27,821 nucleotides of DNA from Armatimonadota bacterium (GTDB taxonomy: Bacteria > Armatimonadota > Fimbriimonadia > Fimbriimonadales > GBS-DC). Under the pieces are notes generated by a model. The model made no database searches and had not been told where the DNA came from. It was given only the letters and a program-made list of their open reading frames with translations. The translations under genes and the position numbers were made by a program. Location of the stretch: contig JBBIJY010000031.1 of NCBI GenBank assembly GCA_037445735.1, positions 1 through 27,821 of the forward strand. The letters are read 5' to 3'. Positions 9,751 through 18,793 of this stretch are shown here, in pieces (position 1 is the first letter of the stretch; each line of letters begins with the position of its first letter).

Positions 9751-12393
9751 TCAGCAATGGACTATGCCCGAATCGGTGTCCAAAAGATCACTGCGCTTTT
9801 CGATTTTCGGTATCCACACCGTGAAGATGGAGCCACCTTCAGCAGGGCAGTCGACGCGCACTTCGCCGTGATGCGCCTGCACAATCTTTTGGACGATACT
9901 CAGCCCCAGTCCGGTTCCGCGCGTGCGGGTGGTGTAGAAGGGCGTGAAGATTTTTTCCCGGATTTCGGGTGGGATGCCCGTGCCGGTGTCCTGCACCTGC
10001 AGGTAGATTTTGCCGCTGGCTTCGCCGGCTCGCAGGGTGAGCTGTCCGCCGTTGGGCATCGCCTGGACAGCGTTCTGGATGAGGTTACGCAGCACCTGTT
10101 CGATGCGGGCGGGGTCGAGCCATGCAGTGGGTTCGCCCTCCACCTCCAGTGTTGTGGCGATGCCCGTCTCCTTGAAGTAGGGGGCGAGCGCGGCGAGCAG
10201 CCGCTCCAGCATCGGGCGCAGAGCGACCAGCCGCCAGCTCGGCACGAGGGGGCGGGCAAACTCCAGAAACTCATCGGCGATTTCGTTCAGGCGGGCGACC
10301 TCCTGACGGATGATGTCCACATAGGTATGCACGGGTTCGGGCAGGTTCTCTTCCTGGGCGAGCAGGTCGGCAGCGCCCTTGAGGGCGGTGAGCGGATTGC
10401 GCAGCTCGTGGGCGATGGTGGCGGTCATCTGCCCGATTTCAGCAAGGCGCTCCATCTGGCTCAGGCGCGTCTCCAGGCGGTGATACTCGGTGATGTCTTC
10501 GAAGACCACCACTGCACCGCCAGGCTCATCGGAGCCACGCATCAGCAGGGGCGTGATGGTGAAGTTGAGGATTTGCGGGCTATCCCCGGCGCCAGGTGCG
10601 GGGGCGAGCGGGAGGCGATAGAGCGTGTGGGCGCCACCGCCTTTCAACACCGCATCGAGCGCGTGCTGAAGGCTCTGCAGGGAGTCGTCGGGCAAGCGCC
10701 CTTTCAGCCGACGGCACAGCTCCGTGTAGGGCTTGCCGACCAGCTCGCGCCCGCGAATGCCCATGATGGCTCGCGCCGCGCGGTTCCATGTGGTGATGAC
10801 ACCCGCCGCGTTCAGCGTGAACATGCCCGCGCCGAGACTGCGCAGAATGTTGTTGCGGAACGCGGCGAGGTTCTGAATCTCGCGATAGCGCTGCTCCATC
10901 TCGCGATAGAGGCGCGCGTTCTCGATGGCGATCCCCGCTTGCGCCACGAACACGCTCAGCAGGTCGACCTGCTCCATCGTGAACAGCCCGCTGCGGTCCT
11001 CATTATCAGCCAGCACGACCCCGATACAGCTGCCGTGAACCACAATCGGCAGCACGCAATAGCGGTTCGCGCCGATGGTGCGCCCGAAGCCCCGAATGGG
11101 TTGAAGCTCGCTGCGCGCGTCGTGAATCACCAGCGGCATCTTCTTCCTGGCGACGATGCCAATCACGCCCTGACCCTTGCGGAAACCGCGTGGGGGGAAC
11201 ATTTCGCGGCTGTAGCCGCGCAACAGATGCGGCTGATAGGTGCGCGACGATTCGCTTTGCAAAAACAGTGCATAGCGCGAGAAGCCGACCACCTGCTCGA
11301 TCTGGCGCCCGACCAGCTCCAGCAGCGTTTCGATGTCCAGCACCGCGCTGACCACCTGCGAGAGGTTAACCAGCGTGGTCAGCTCCTGCACGCGCCGATG
11401 GAGGTCGGCATAGAGGCGGGCGTTCTCGATGGCGAGCGCAATCAGGCTGGCGAAGATGGAGAAGGCGTGCACATCCTCGCTGGTGAACGGCGGCGCGGGC
11501 TGAAGGCGGCGGATGGTCAGCACGCCGAACACCTCGCCCTGCCGATTGCGCAGCGGCACGCAGATCGAACTGCTGATTTCGGGGCGCGGCACCACGCCCG
11601 CCAGCTCTGGATGCTGGCTCGGATCGCTGACGAGGATGGTCTCGCCCGTCAGTGCGACCCGTCCCGCGATGCCCTCGCCGAGCGGAATGCGTACATGCGA
11701 CACAATCTCGGGTGCCAGTCCGTAGCTGGCGGCAATCGTGAGCGCGTTCTCGTCGGGCTGGAGCAGCATCAGCGTGCAGGCTTGCGCGTCCATCGCGTGC
11801 GCGGCGCGCTCCGTCACCAGCTGCAGGAAGCGTTCCAGCCCCTGCTGGGAAGAGGCTAACGCCGTCTCGTACAGCGTGGCAACGGTCAGCAACCGCCGTT
11901 CCGACTGGCGCCGCAGCGCGTCGATCTCGCGATGGAGCTGCTCCTGACGGCTCAAAAGGCGCACCAGCTCCACGACGGCATCCCAGACGCCATCGCTCGC
12001 CTGCTCGCGCGGGATGCAGAGCGCGTAGAACAGACCATGCGCAGCGAGCGGCTCAACACGCCAGCAATAGCGCGAATCGGAAGATGGAGTGAACTTCTTG
12101 CCCGTACCCTCTCCCCCGCTGGGGGAGAGGGTTTTAGCAACGCCCTCTCCCCCGCTGGGGGCTTCGGAAGTCGCTTCCGCGAATATCTCCGTTAGCTGAG
12201 TTCGCACTTCGGCAACTGGCAGCACGGGCGCCTGCATGAGAACGAGAGGGGGCGCGCTAGGGTTCCGCAGGATGAGACCGTTCCATGCGCCAGTGCGCTC
12301 GGCGATCTGGCGCAGCAGGTTCGCCAGGTCTTCGGTGCCGACCCCGCTTGTGGCAGTGCGCATCAGCTCGGTGAGCCAGCTCAGTTGCGCCAT
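9751..12393 (-). CDS. Multi-sensor histidine kinase (GAF-GAF-PAS-HisKA-HATPase)
   Basis: Two GAF domains ending in AIENARLY, a PAS domain (ITTWNRAARAIMG), H-box IAHELRNPL, N-box NLIQNAVQAM, DTGTGI and GTGLGL; GGAGG RBS. Confidence 0.93.
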   Translation of the reverse strand: MAQLSWLTELMRTATSGVGTEDLANLLRQIAERTGAWNGLILRNPSAPPLVLMQAPVLPVAEVRTQLTEIFAEATSEAPSGGEGVAKTLSPSGGEGTGKKFTPSSDSRYCWRVEPLAAHGLFYALCIPREQASDGVWDAVVELVRLLSRQEQLHREIDALRRQSERRLLTVATLYETALASSQQGLERFLQLVTERAAHAMDAQACTLMLLQPDENALTIAASYGLAPEIVSHVRIPLGEGIAGRVALTGETILVSDPSQHPELAGVVPRPEISSSICVPLRNRQGEVFGVLTIRRLQPAPPFTSEDVHAFSIFASLIALAIENARLYADLHRRVQELTTLVNLSQVVSAVLDIETLLELVGRQIEQVVGFSRYALFLQSESSRTYQPHLLRGYSREMFPPRGFRKGQGVIGIVARKKMPLVIHDARSELQPIRGFGRTIGANRYCVLPIVVHGSCIGVVLADNEDRSGLFTMEQVDLLSVFVAQAGIAIENARLYREMEQRYREIQNLAAFRNNILRSLGAGMFTLNAAGVITTWNRAARAIMGIRGRELVGKPYTELCRRLKGRLPDDSLQSLQHALDAVLKGGGAHTLYRLPLAPAPGAGDSPQILNFTITPLLMRGSDEPGGAVVVFEDITEYHRLETRLSQMERLAEIGQMTATIAHELRNPLTALKGAADLLAQEENLPEPVHTYVDIIRQEVARLNEIADEFLEFARPLVPSWRLVALRPMLERLLAALAPYFKETGIATTLEVEGEPTAWLDPARIEQVLRNLIQNAVQAMPNGGQLTLRAGEASGKIYLQVQDTGTGIPPEIREKIFTPFYTTRTRGTGLGLSIVQKIVQAHHGEVRVDCPAEGGSIFTVWIPKIEKRSDLLDTDSGIVHC
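12101..12161. repeat. BoxC/REP-like repeat inside the kinase ORF (in frame)
   Basis: CCCGTACCCTCTCCCCCGCTGGGGGAGAGGG plus a second partial copy; reads as [20 protein letters not shown] on the minus strand. Confidence 0.85.
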
Positions 12394-12418
12394 CACCGCC
12401 TCCTATAATACCCCCTGC

Positions 12419-12865
12419 CTACGGCAGCTCCAGGTCGTGGAAGCGGTCGGCAGAGGGGTCTAAGTGGCGCAGCAGCACGCGGTAAGCCTGTTCGATCTGG
12501 GCATGAATCTGCTCGGCTTTGGCGCGTTCGGGGGAGCCTTCGGGGAAGCGGTTCGGGTCGCTTTTGGCGGCGAGCGTGCGATAGGTGCGGCGGACGGTAG
12601 GCAGGTCGGCGTGTTCGGGCAGTCCCAGCACGCGATAGGCACGACGAATGGGGTCAACTGGCTCGGTGGGCGATGGGCGCACGGGCTGTGCTGGCGGCGC
12701 GGGCTTGCTGACACCGGGCTGGCTCAGGTCGCGCTCCAGCTCGCGCACGGCGTCGGCACGGGCGCGAGCTTCGGCTTCGTCCTCGCGACCCAGCGCCTCC
12801 AGCCGCGCCCACTGCTCCTCAATAAAGGCGCGCATCAGGCGAGTAATCCGTTTGCCCAGCGCCAT
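12419..12865 (-). CDS. J-domain-like protein (C-terminal DnaJ fold, HPD replaced by DPN)
   Basis: RAYRVLGL...VRRTYRTLAAKSDPNRFP...IEQAYRVL matches J-domain helices I-III; start overlaps the stop of the upstream gene. Confidence 0.75.
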   Translation of the reverse strand: MALGKRITRLMRAFIEEQWARLEALGREDEAEARARADAVRELERDLSQPGVSKPAPPAQPVRPSPTEPVDPIRRAYRVLGLPEHADLPTVRRTYRTLAAKSDPNRFPEGSPERAKAEQIHAQIEQAYRVLLRHLDPSADRFHDLELP

Positions 12866-13725
12866 CACAGCTCACCTCGCAGTCCCAGCGCCACCAATTG
12901 AAGTGTACCCTGCTGACCGCGCAGCACCAGCGTCGCACTGAAATGCCTGTCGAGCCGCTGCTGGAGCGCGAGCCGCCAGCTGAGGCGCTGGCTCGCCGTC
13001 TGATAGGTGAGCAGCAGTTCGGGCTGGAGCGCCATCGCCAGCGGCTGCCAGCGCAGGGCGAGCCAGTGCGTGTCGATGACCCGATTGCCGCCGCTGTAGA
13101 GCCATTCCAGTTGCAGGCGGTGGCTGCCGAACTCGCGGGCGATGTCCGCGCCGTACAGTTGCTGGTAGCCCTCACTGTCGCGCGGCTGTTCAGGTAGCGC
13201 CCACGTCGCGAAAGCATGCGGGTCGGTGCCAAAATGGCGCCCGATCCCCACCGAAACGCCGCCGTTCGCTGTGCCCACCCGCACATAGAAGCCCTGCTGA
13301 CGCTCCCTGCCATTAAACAGGTACGCCACGCGCATCGGCAGATCGCCGATGGCGAAGCGCGTGGGCGATTGGACTGCCAGCACGCTCTCGCTCAGCAGCA
13401 GCCCTGCGCCGAACGGCACATAGAATCGCCCGAACCGCCAGCCCTCCAGCCGCTCCAGATAGACCTCATCGAGCGCGGTGCGCGTGCGATCGTGCGGGAT
13501 GTTCTGCAGTCGCTGGGCGATATACGCGCCGTAGCCCGATTCGTGATAGAGCTGGAGATAGACCACCGAGTGGCGGGCGAGGTCATCGTACCAGCGCAGT
13601 TGCGTCGTGCGCTCGTCCGCCCGTACCTGGCTGTGCAGGCGTGCGCCGAAGAACACCAGCGGCTGCTGGGCGCACCCGACACCGAGCAGGATCAGCCACC
13701 CGACACCAGCCAGCCATCGCCCCAT
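12865..13725 (-). CDS. Hypothetical exported protein (possible lipoprotein or beta-rich outer-membrane protein)
   Basis: MGRWLAGVGWLILLGVGC signal peptide with lipobox-like end; alternating beta-strand patterns; translationally coupled to the J-like gene. Confidence 0.65.
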   Translation of the reverse strand: MGRWLAGVGWLILLGVGCAQQPLVFFGARLHSQVRADERTTQLRWYDDLARHSVVYLQLYHESGYGAYIAQRLQNIPHDRTRTALDEVYLERLEGWRFGRFYVPFGAGLLLSESVLAVQSPTRFAIGDLPMRVAYLFNGRERQQGFYVRVGTANGGVSVGIGRHFGTDPHAFATWALPEQPRDSEGYQQLYGADIAREFGSHRLQLEWLYSGGNRVIDTHWLALRWQPLAMALQPELLLTYQTASQRLSWRLALQQRLDRHFSATLVLRGQQGTLQLVALGLRGEL

Positions 13726-13774
13726 CAGGAATATCTTACCATACTCATGGTACAATTCTCATGGTGAGCTGGCG

Positions 13775-14575
13775 ATGAGCAGCCCATTTGCGGGCATGAA
13801 CCCCTATCTGGCGGATCCGCGCCTGTGGGCGGGGGTGCATCAGCGGTTCATCACCTATCTGGCGGAGCAGATCAACGCGCAGCTCCTGCCTCACTATGTG
13901 GCGGATATCGACGAGCGGGTTTATGTGGAGAAGTCGGGTCATTCGCGTGTGATTGCGCCTGACATCACGGTGACGCGCATGACGCCTGAAGCAGGCGAGA
14001 CGGCATCTGTGGCGCTTGCCGACCCGCCGTTGCTGGTGCAGCTTGAGCCGCTGCCTGTGCGTGAACCCTACATCCAGATACTCTCACTGCGGGGCGGCAC
14101 GCGCGAGGTGGTGACGGTGCTGGAGGTGTTGAGCCATGCCAACAAAACGCCAGGCTCCGAAGGGCGTGCGCTCTATCTCGGCAAGCAGGCAGAGCTGCTC
14201 AATAGCCGTGTCAGCCTTGTTGAAATCGACCTGTTGCATGCAGGTGAGCATACGGTTGCCGTACCACTGAGCGCGCTGGCAAACCAGCCTGCATGGGACT
14301 ATATTATCTCGCTGCATCGGGGTGGGGCGCCGCGCTGGCATTTTGAAGTGTGGCTGGTGCGTCTCCCGGAGCGATTGCCCCGCATCGCGGTGCCGCTCAG
14401 TGGCAACGATGCAGACATCAGCGTCGATCTGTAGAGGGTGCTGGAGCGAGTCTATGTGGAAGGTCGATACGAGCGGCTGCTGGACTATAGCCAGCCGCCA
14501 TCGGTTCCTCTATCGGACGAGTCGCGGTACTGGCTCCAGCGTCATTTGACAACCAGTCAGCCCCCCAAATCGTAG
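13775..14575 (+). pseudogene. DUF4058 family protein interrupted by an in-frame TAG at 14432-14434
   Basis: MSSPFAGMNPYL...EVLSHANK...SLVEIDLL are family motifs. After the TAG the frame continues RVLERVYVEGRYERLLDYSQPP, resembling the family C-terminus, to a TAG at 14573-14575. Confidence 0.75.
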
Positions 14576-14630
14576 CTGGAGCCGCTGGCTCGCATCATCG
14601 GCAGGATGCGAATGCTACATCGAGGCAACC

Positions 14631-15437
14631 TCAGTTGCTCTCGCGGCTCTCGGTGCTGGTTTGCCCGCTTTGCAGTTTGCGTTCGAGGTCTTCCAGCTCC
14701 TGGAGCACATCGGCGTCGGCGACGGCAGCTGGTTGAACCGCGGGCGCGGTCTCGGCTTCGGCGGGGCGCAGACCCAGCCGCTGCTCCATCTGCTTGAGTT
14801 CCTCTTCGGCTTCCTGATCGATCTGGGCATCTTGCAGGGCGGCGATACGCCCCTGCAGGCTCTGGGCAGCCATCTCCTGACGCGCAGAGGCTTCCGCTTC
14901 CGCCCGCTGGATGCGCTGCTCCGCGGTCGCCCAGCTGGATTCCAGCGCCTCGACCGAGATGCCCTCTAACGCCTTGTTGATGGCGGTTTGAATCTGTGCC
15001 TGTTTCCAGCGGGCTTTGAGGGCGAGCGCCTGCGCGGTCTTCACGCGCACCTCCTCTTCCTGGCGGCGGATCGCCTGCTTGACCGATTCGACGGTCTCGA
15101 TGGCTTGCTGGAGGGAGACGCGCAGCGATGCGAGCGCGCCTTCCTGCGCTTTCTTCTCGCGGATAATCTGCAGGGCGAGGTCGCGATTGCCCTGCTGGAG
15201 CGCCAGCTCCGCTTTGCGCTCCAGATCGCGCACGGTCTTCTCCAGCTTGTCCACCTCCGCCTGAAGCAGGTTCTTCTGCGTGATGGCTTGAATCGCACGC
15301 TCGCGATTGCGGGCTAAGGTCTCCTGCATCTCGCGCCGCGCCTGATCGAGCAGGATTTCGGGGTCTTCTAACTGCTCCACCTTGCCCGTCACCCACGCGA
15401 CGAGATAGCGCCATAATCGTGCCAGTGCTTTCAGCAT
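14631..15437 (-). CDS. pspA: PspA/IM30 (Vipp1) family protein
   Basis: Amphipathic N-helix, EDPEILLDQARREMQE, ALQQGNRDLA, coiled coil, C-terminal extension. Confidence 0.9.
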   Translation of the reverse strand: MLKALARLWRYLVAWVTGKVEQLEDPEILLDQARREMQETLARNRERAIQAITQKNLLQAEVDKLEKTVRDLERKAELALQQGNRDLALQIIREKKAQEGALASLRVSLQQAIETVESVKQAIRRQEEEVRVKTAQALALKARWKQAQIQTAINKALEGISVEALESSWATAEQRIQRAEAEASARQEMAAQSLQGRIAALQDAQIDQEAEEELKQMEQRLGLRPAEAETAPAVQPAAVADADVLQELEDLERKLQSGQTSTESRESN

Positions 15438-15467
15438 TCTGTTCCCCCTGTTGCTGATGCTGGGCGA

Positions 15468-15497
15468 AGTATACCCCGCGTGTGGCGCACGAATCAA
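15468..15497 (-). promoter_or_regulatory. Putative sigma-70 promoter of pspA
   Basis: Minus strand TTGATT-N18-TATACT, 30 nt upstream of the ATG. Confidence 0.55.
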
Positions 15498-15534
15498 GGG
15501 GTAAAGAATTTTTGGTGCAGGTACACTTTGGGCG

Positions 15535-17364
15535 ATGGTGGGGTTGCTGGTCGGGCTGGCGGTCGGCGGGCTGGCGGTCGGTGTGGGGATGTACCTGCTC
15601 GGTCGGCTGCCGCTGAGCGCTGGCGAGCGGATAGCGTACGGTGGTGCGCTGGGGCTGGGGTTGCTGGCTTATGCCGTCGCGCTGCTCGCTGCTCTGCACT
15701 GGCTGTCGGGGCTGTGGCTGCTGCTCGCCCTGCTGATTGCGGGCGGATTGTGGGGCTGGGCGCGATCCCTCCGCCCATGGGGGCAAGCGGGCTTGAGCAG
15801 TCCGCCGGATTCACCGCGCTGGATATGGCTGGTGTGGGCGCTGGTGGGCGCACTGATGCTGACGGCACTTGCGCTCTGCCTGCTACCTCCCGACGGCAAC
15901 GAGTGGGACGCGCTCGCCTACCATCTTGCCTTCCCCAAACTCTACCTGCAGGCGGGCGGCATGGTGCCGATCCCCTTCATGCATCAGAGCTATTTTCCGC
16001 CGCTGATGGATATGCTGTTTCTGCTGGGTCTGTGGCTGGATGGCGAGCCGTGCGCGAAGGTGTTCCACTGGCTGATGGCGCTGCTGATGGTGGTAGGCAC
16101 GGCGGCGTTCGTGAATCGGGTGGGCGGTCAGGGCGTCTGGGGCGCACTGCTGCTCGCGGGCACGCCTGTGATCGTGTGGCAGGCGTTCAGCGCGTATATT
16201 GACCTGTCGACCGCGCTCTATGTGGGGCTGGGCGCGTTCGCGCTCTGGTGCGCCGTCTCCACCCGCGACGGGCGCTGGCTCTGGCTGGCGGGTGTGATGA
16301 TGGGCTTCGCGCTGGCGACCAAATACACCGCCCTGCTCTCGGGGGGCTTATGGGTCGTCGTCGGGCTGGCATGGTGCGCGTGGGCGCGATGGCAGGCGGG
16401 TCTGCGCACGCTCGCACTAACCGCCGTTATCGCGATGCTGATGGGTGCGCCCTTCTATATTCGCAACTGGCTCTGGACGGGCAACCCTGTCTATCCGTTC
16501 GCCTATGAGATTTTTGGCGGGCGCAACTGGAGTCGGGCGCAGGCGCAGGCGTATCGGAACGACCAGCTGCGGTTCGGCATGGGGCGCGAGCCGTCCCAGC
16601 TGCTGATGCTGCCGTGGAACCTGACGGCGCACCCGCTCCACTTCGCGGACCCTATCGGGGCGTCGGTGGGCGAGCGGGTCTATCTGCTGCCGTCGGCGGG
16701 TATGGGCTATCTGGCGACGCTGGGGCTGATGGCAGGGATTGGCGTCGCGCCCGGCACAGGCTGGCTGCTCGCCCTCGCAGGGCTGAACACGCTCGGCTGG
16801 TTCTACCTCATGCAGCAGGTACGCTACCTGATACTCGTTTTCCCCCTGCTAACGGCAGCGGGCACGAGCCGACTCAGAGCGAGCAACGGTGCACGCTGGT
16901 TGAGGGCGCTCTATGCCATTCTGCTCGGCGTGCAGGCGCTCTACACGCTGTGGCTGTTCAGTAATGCCTATCTCACCATGGTGCCGCTGGCGCTGCGCGA
17001 CCGTGAGGCTTATCTGGAGCGGCGCCTGCAAATCTACCCTGCGATTCGCTATCTGAACACGCAGACACCGCCCGATGCAGGTGTGATTCTGCTGGACGAA
17101 ACGCGCGGATACTACCTGGATCGCCGCTATCTGTGGGGCAACGCGGGGCACCACCGGCTCATCCCGTACGAACAGTTTCGCACGGCGGGTGAGCTGACCG
17201 ACTGGCTGCGCCAGCACGGTTTTCGCTATGTGCTGATTAACACGCGCTTCACCCCGCGGGGCACGTCGGAGCCGTGGCGCAGGCTTTATATGGATGCCAT
17301 CGCGGAGGGCAGGCTGCAGCCGGTGTTCGCCGAGCGCGGTGTGGAGGTCTATGCGCTGGAATAG
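15535..17364 (+). CDS. Polytopic membrane glycosyltransferase-like protein (GT-C / ArnT-PMT-like)
   Basis: More than 10 TM segments; WDALAYHL..PKLYL, YID, ATKYT, PFYIRNWLWTGNPVYPF and RY motifs typical of GT-C-like proteins. Confidence 0.8.
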   Translation: MVGLLVGLAVGGLAVGVGMYLLGRLPLSAGERIAYGGALGLGLLAYAVALLAALHWLSGLWLLLALLIAGGLWGWARSLRPWGQAGLSSPPDSPRWIWLVWALVGALMLTALALCLLPPDGNEWDALAYHLAFPKLYLQAGGMVPIPFMHQSYFPPLMDMLFLLGLWLDGEPCAKVFHWLMALLMVVGTAAFVNRVGGQGVWGALLLAGTPVIVWQAFSAYIDLSTALYVGLGAFALWCAVSTRDGRWLWLAGVMMGFALATKYTALLSGGLWVVVGLAWCAWARWQAGLRTLALTAVIAMLMGAPFYIRNWLWTGNPVYPFAYEIFGGRNWSRAQAQAYRNDQLRFGMGREPSQLLMLPWNLTAHPLHFADPIGASVGERVYLLPSAGMGYLATLGLMAGIGVAPGTGWLLALAGLNTLGWFYLMQQVRYLILVFPLLTAAGTSRLRASNGARWLRALYAILLGVQALYTLWLFSNAYLTMVPLALRDREAYLERRLQIYPAIRYLNTQTPPDAGVILLDETRGYYLDRRYLWGNAGHHRLIPYEQFRTAGELTDWLRQHGFRYVLINTRFTPRGTSEPWRRLYMDAIAEGRLQPVFAERGVEVYALE

Positions 17365-17379
17365 AGTATTTGCAGGAAT

Positions 17380-17422
17380 CCCCTCTCCCCCGCGTTCGGG
17401 GGAGAGGGTACGGGTGAGGGGG
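17380..17422. repeat. BoxC/REP-like repeat
   Basis: CCCCTCTCCCCCGCGTTCGGGGGAGAGGGTACGGGTGAGGGGG between the two glycosyltransferase genes. Confidence 0.85.
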
Positions 17423-17434
17423 CATAAGACCATC

Positions 17435-18766
17435 ATGAGGGCGACTCTGTGGCTGTGGGCGCTCATCGTTGCTGTGCGACTGGGCTATGCGCTGTTCGCC
17501 GTGCAGCTTGACCCGTTCCTGCAGCGCGACCCGCTGCATGGCGACGCCGCTGTGCATGACCGCATCGCCTGGACGCTGGTCAGCGAGGGGCGCTATGTGT
17601 ACGAGAAGGGATTGCAGGTGGCGCCCGGCTACATCTGGCTGATGGCGGGCGTTTATGCGATAGCGGGTCATCAGCCGCAGGCGGTGCGCTTCGTAAATGC
17701 CCTGCTGGGGCTGCTGACCCTGCTGGGGTTGTGGGCGATGTGCCGACGGCTCTTCGGCGAGCGTGTGGCGAACTGGACCCTGGCGCTCGCCGCTCTCCAT
17801 CCGCACCTGCTTCTGATCAGCGGCTGGCTCTACACCGAGAACCTGATGCTGCCGCTGCTGGTGTGGAGCCTCACGCTGATGGTTCAGATACGGGGCGATG
17901 ACTCGGTGCGGCGCTGGGCGGTGGTGGGCATACTGCTGGGGCTGCTCGCGCTCACGCGGGCGAGCTTTCTGCCTTTTATCGGGCTGATGGCGCTGTGGGC
18001 GTGGCGATTCGGGCATCCCGGCTGGCGCGGCGCGGCAACCCTGCTTATCGCCGCCAGCCTGACCGTTGCGCCCTATATTGCCTATCTGCACGCCCGATTC
18101 GGGCATTTCATCCCGATTGGGCTGGGCGGCTATGTGTTCCTGTGGGCGAACAACCCTGAAGCGGACGGCGGCTTCCAGCCCGGACTGCCGAAGACCATCG
18201 TGATTGGCGGCAAGCCAGTGGATGTTCAGCAGGCGATTGCGGCGCGCGATCCTGTGGAGCGCGACCGCAGGGCGCTGCGACTGGCGCTGCAGTGGGTTCG
18301 GGAGAATCCGGGCGCGTTTGCGCGGCTGCTGTGGTGCAAGACTCGCCTGAGCCTGTCCGCGCTCGGCTTGCAGGACCCGCGCCATCGCCAGCAGGTGTGG
18401 GCGCTGGGCGCAGATGTCGTTTACTGGCTCTTTTTGCTGGTGGCGCTTTACGGGTGGGTGCGGCTTGTCATAACCGCTGTTCCCGCACCCCAGAGGGGCG
18501 AGGGAGCATCGAAAACCCTCTCCCCCTTTGGGGGAGAGGGTACGGGTGAGGGGGCAGGCTCTCTCACGCAGGCAGGCAAACCCCTCACCCCAGAGGGGAG
18601 AGGGGGTTCCACCACCTCCGCGCTGCTCTGGCTGATGGGATTGCTCGCCATCTGGGTCTGGCTGATTATCTGGCTGTATGCCGGGGGCGTTCGTCCGATG
18701 CTGGCGTTGCAGCCCTATCTGGCGCTGGGCTTCGTGCTGGCGTTGCTGAAGCCGTCGCGGGCTTGA
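17435..18766 (+). CDS. Glycosyltransferase family 39 / PMT-like membrane protein
   Basis: GDA..HD, PGY, TENL, LALTR and NNP motifs; multiple TM helices. Confidence 0.8.
   Translation: MRATLWLWALIVAVRLGYALFAVQLDPFLQRDPLHGDAAVHDRIAWTLVSEGRYVYEKGLQVAPGYIWLMAGVYAIAGHQPQAVRFVNALLGLLTLLGLWAMCRRLFGERVANWTLALAALHPHLLLISGWLYTENLMLPLLVWSLTLMVQIRGDDSVRRWAVVGILLGLLALTRASFLPFIGLMALWAWRFGHPGWRGAATLLIAASLTVAPYIAYLHARFGHFIPIGLGGYVFLWANNPEADGGFQPGLPKTIVIGGKPVDVQQAIAARDPVERDRRALRLALQWVRENPGAFARLLWCKTRLSLSALGLQDPRHRQQVWALGADVVYWLFLLVALYGWVRLVITAVPAPQRGEGASKTLSPFGGEGTGEGAGSLTQAGKPLTPEGRGGSTTSALLWLMGLLAIWVWLIIWLYAGGVRPMLALQPYLALGFVLALLKPSRA
18482..18606. repeat. BoxC/REP-like composite repeat inside the glycosyltransferase ORF (in frame)
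   Basis: Three palindromic units (CACCCCAGAGGGGCG; CCCTCTCCCCCTTTGGGGGAGAGGGTACGGGTGAGGGG; CCCCTCACCCCAGAGGGGAGAGGGG) with the ORF open through them. Confidence 0.85.
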
Positions 18767-18767
18767 A

Positions 18768-18793
18768 GGGGGCGCACAGCCGTGCGCCCCTAC
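18768..18793 (-). repeat. GTAG-type REP hairpin between convergent genes
   Basis: GGGGCGCACAGCCGTGCGCCCCTAC; the reverse complement begins GTAGGGGCGCAC. Related to the copies at 25925-26029. Confidence 0.7.
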
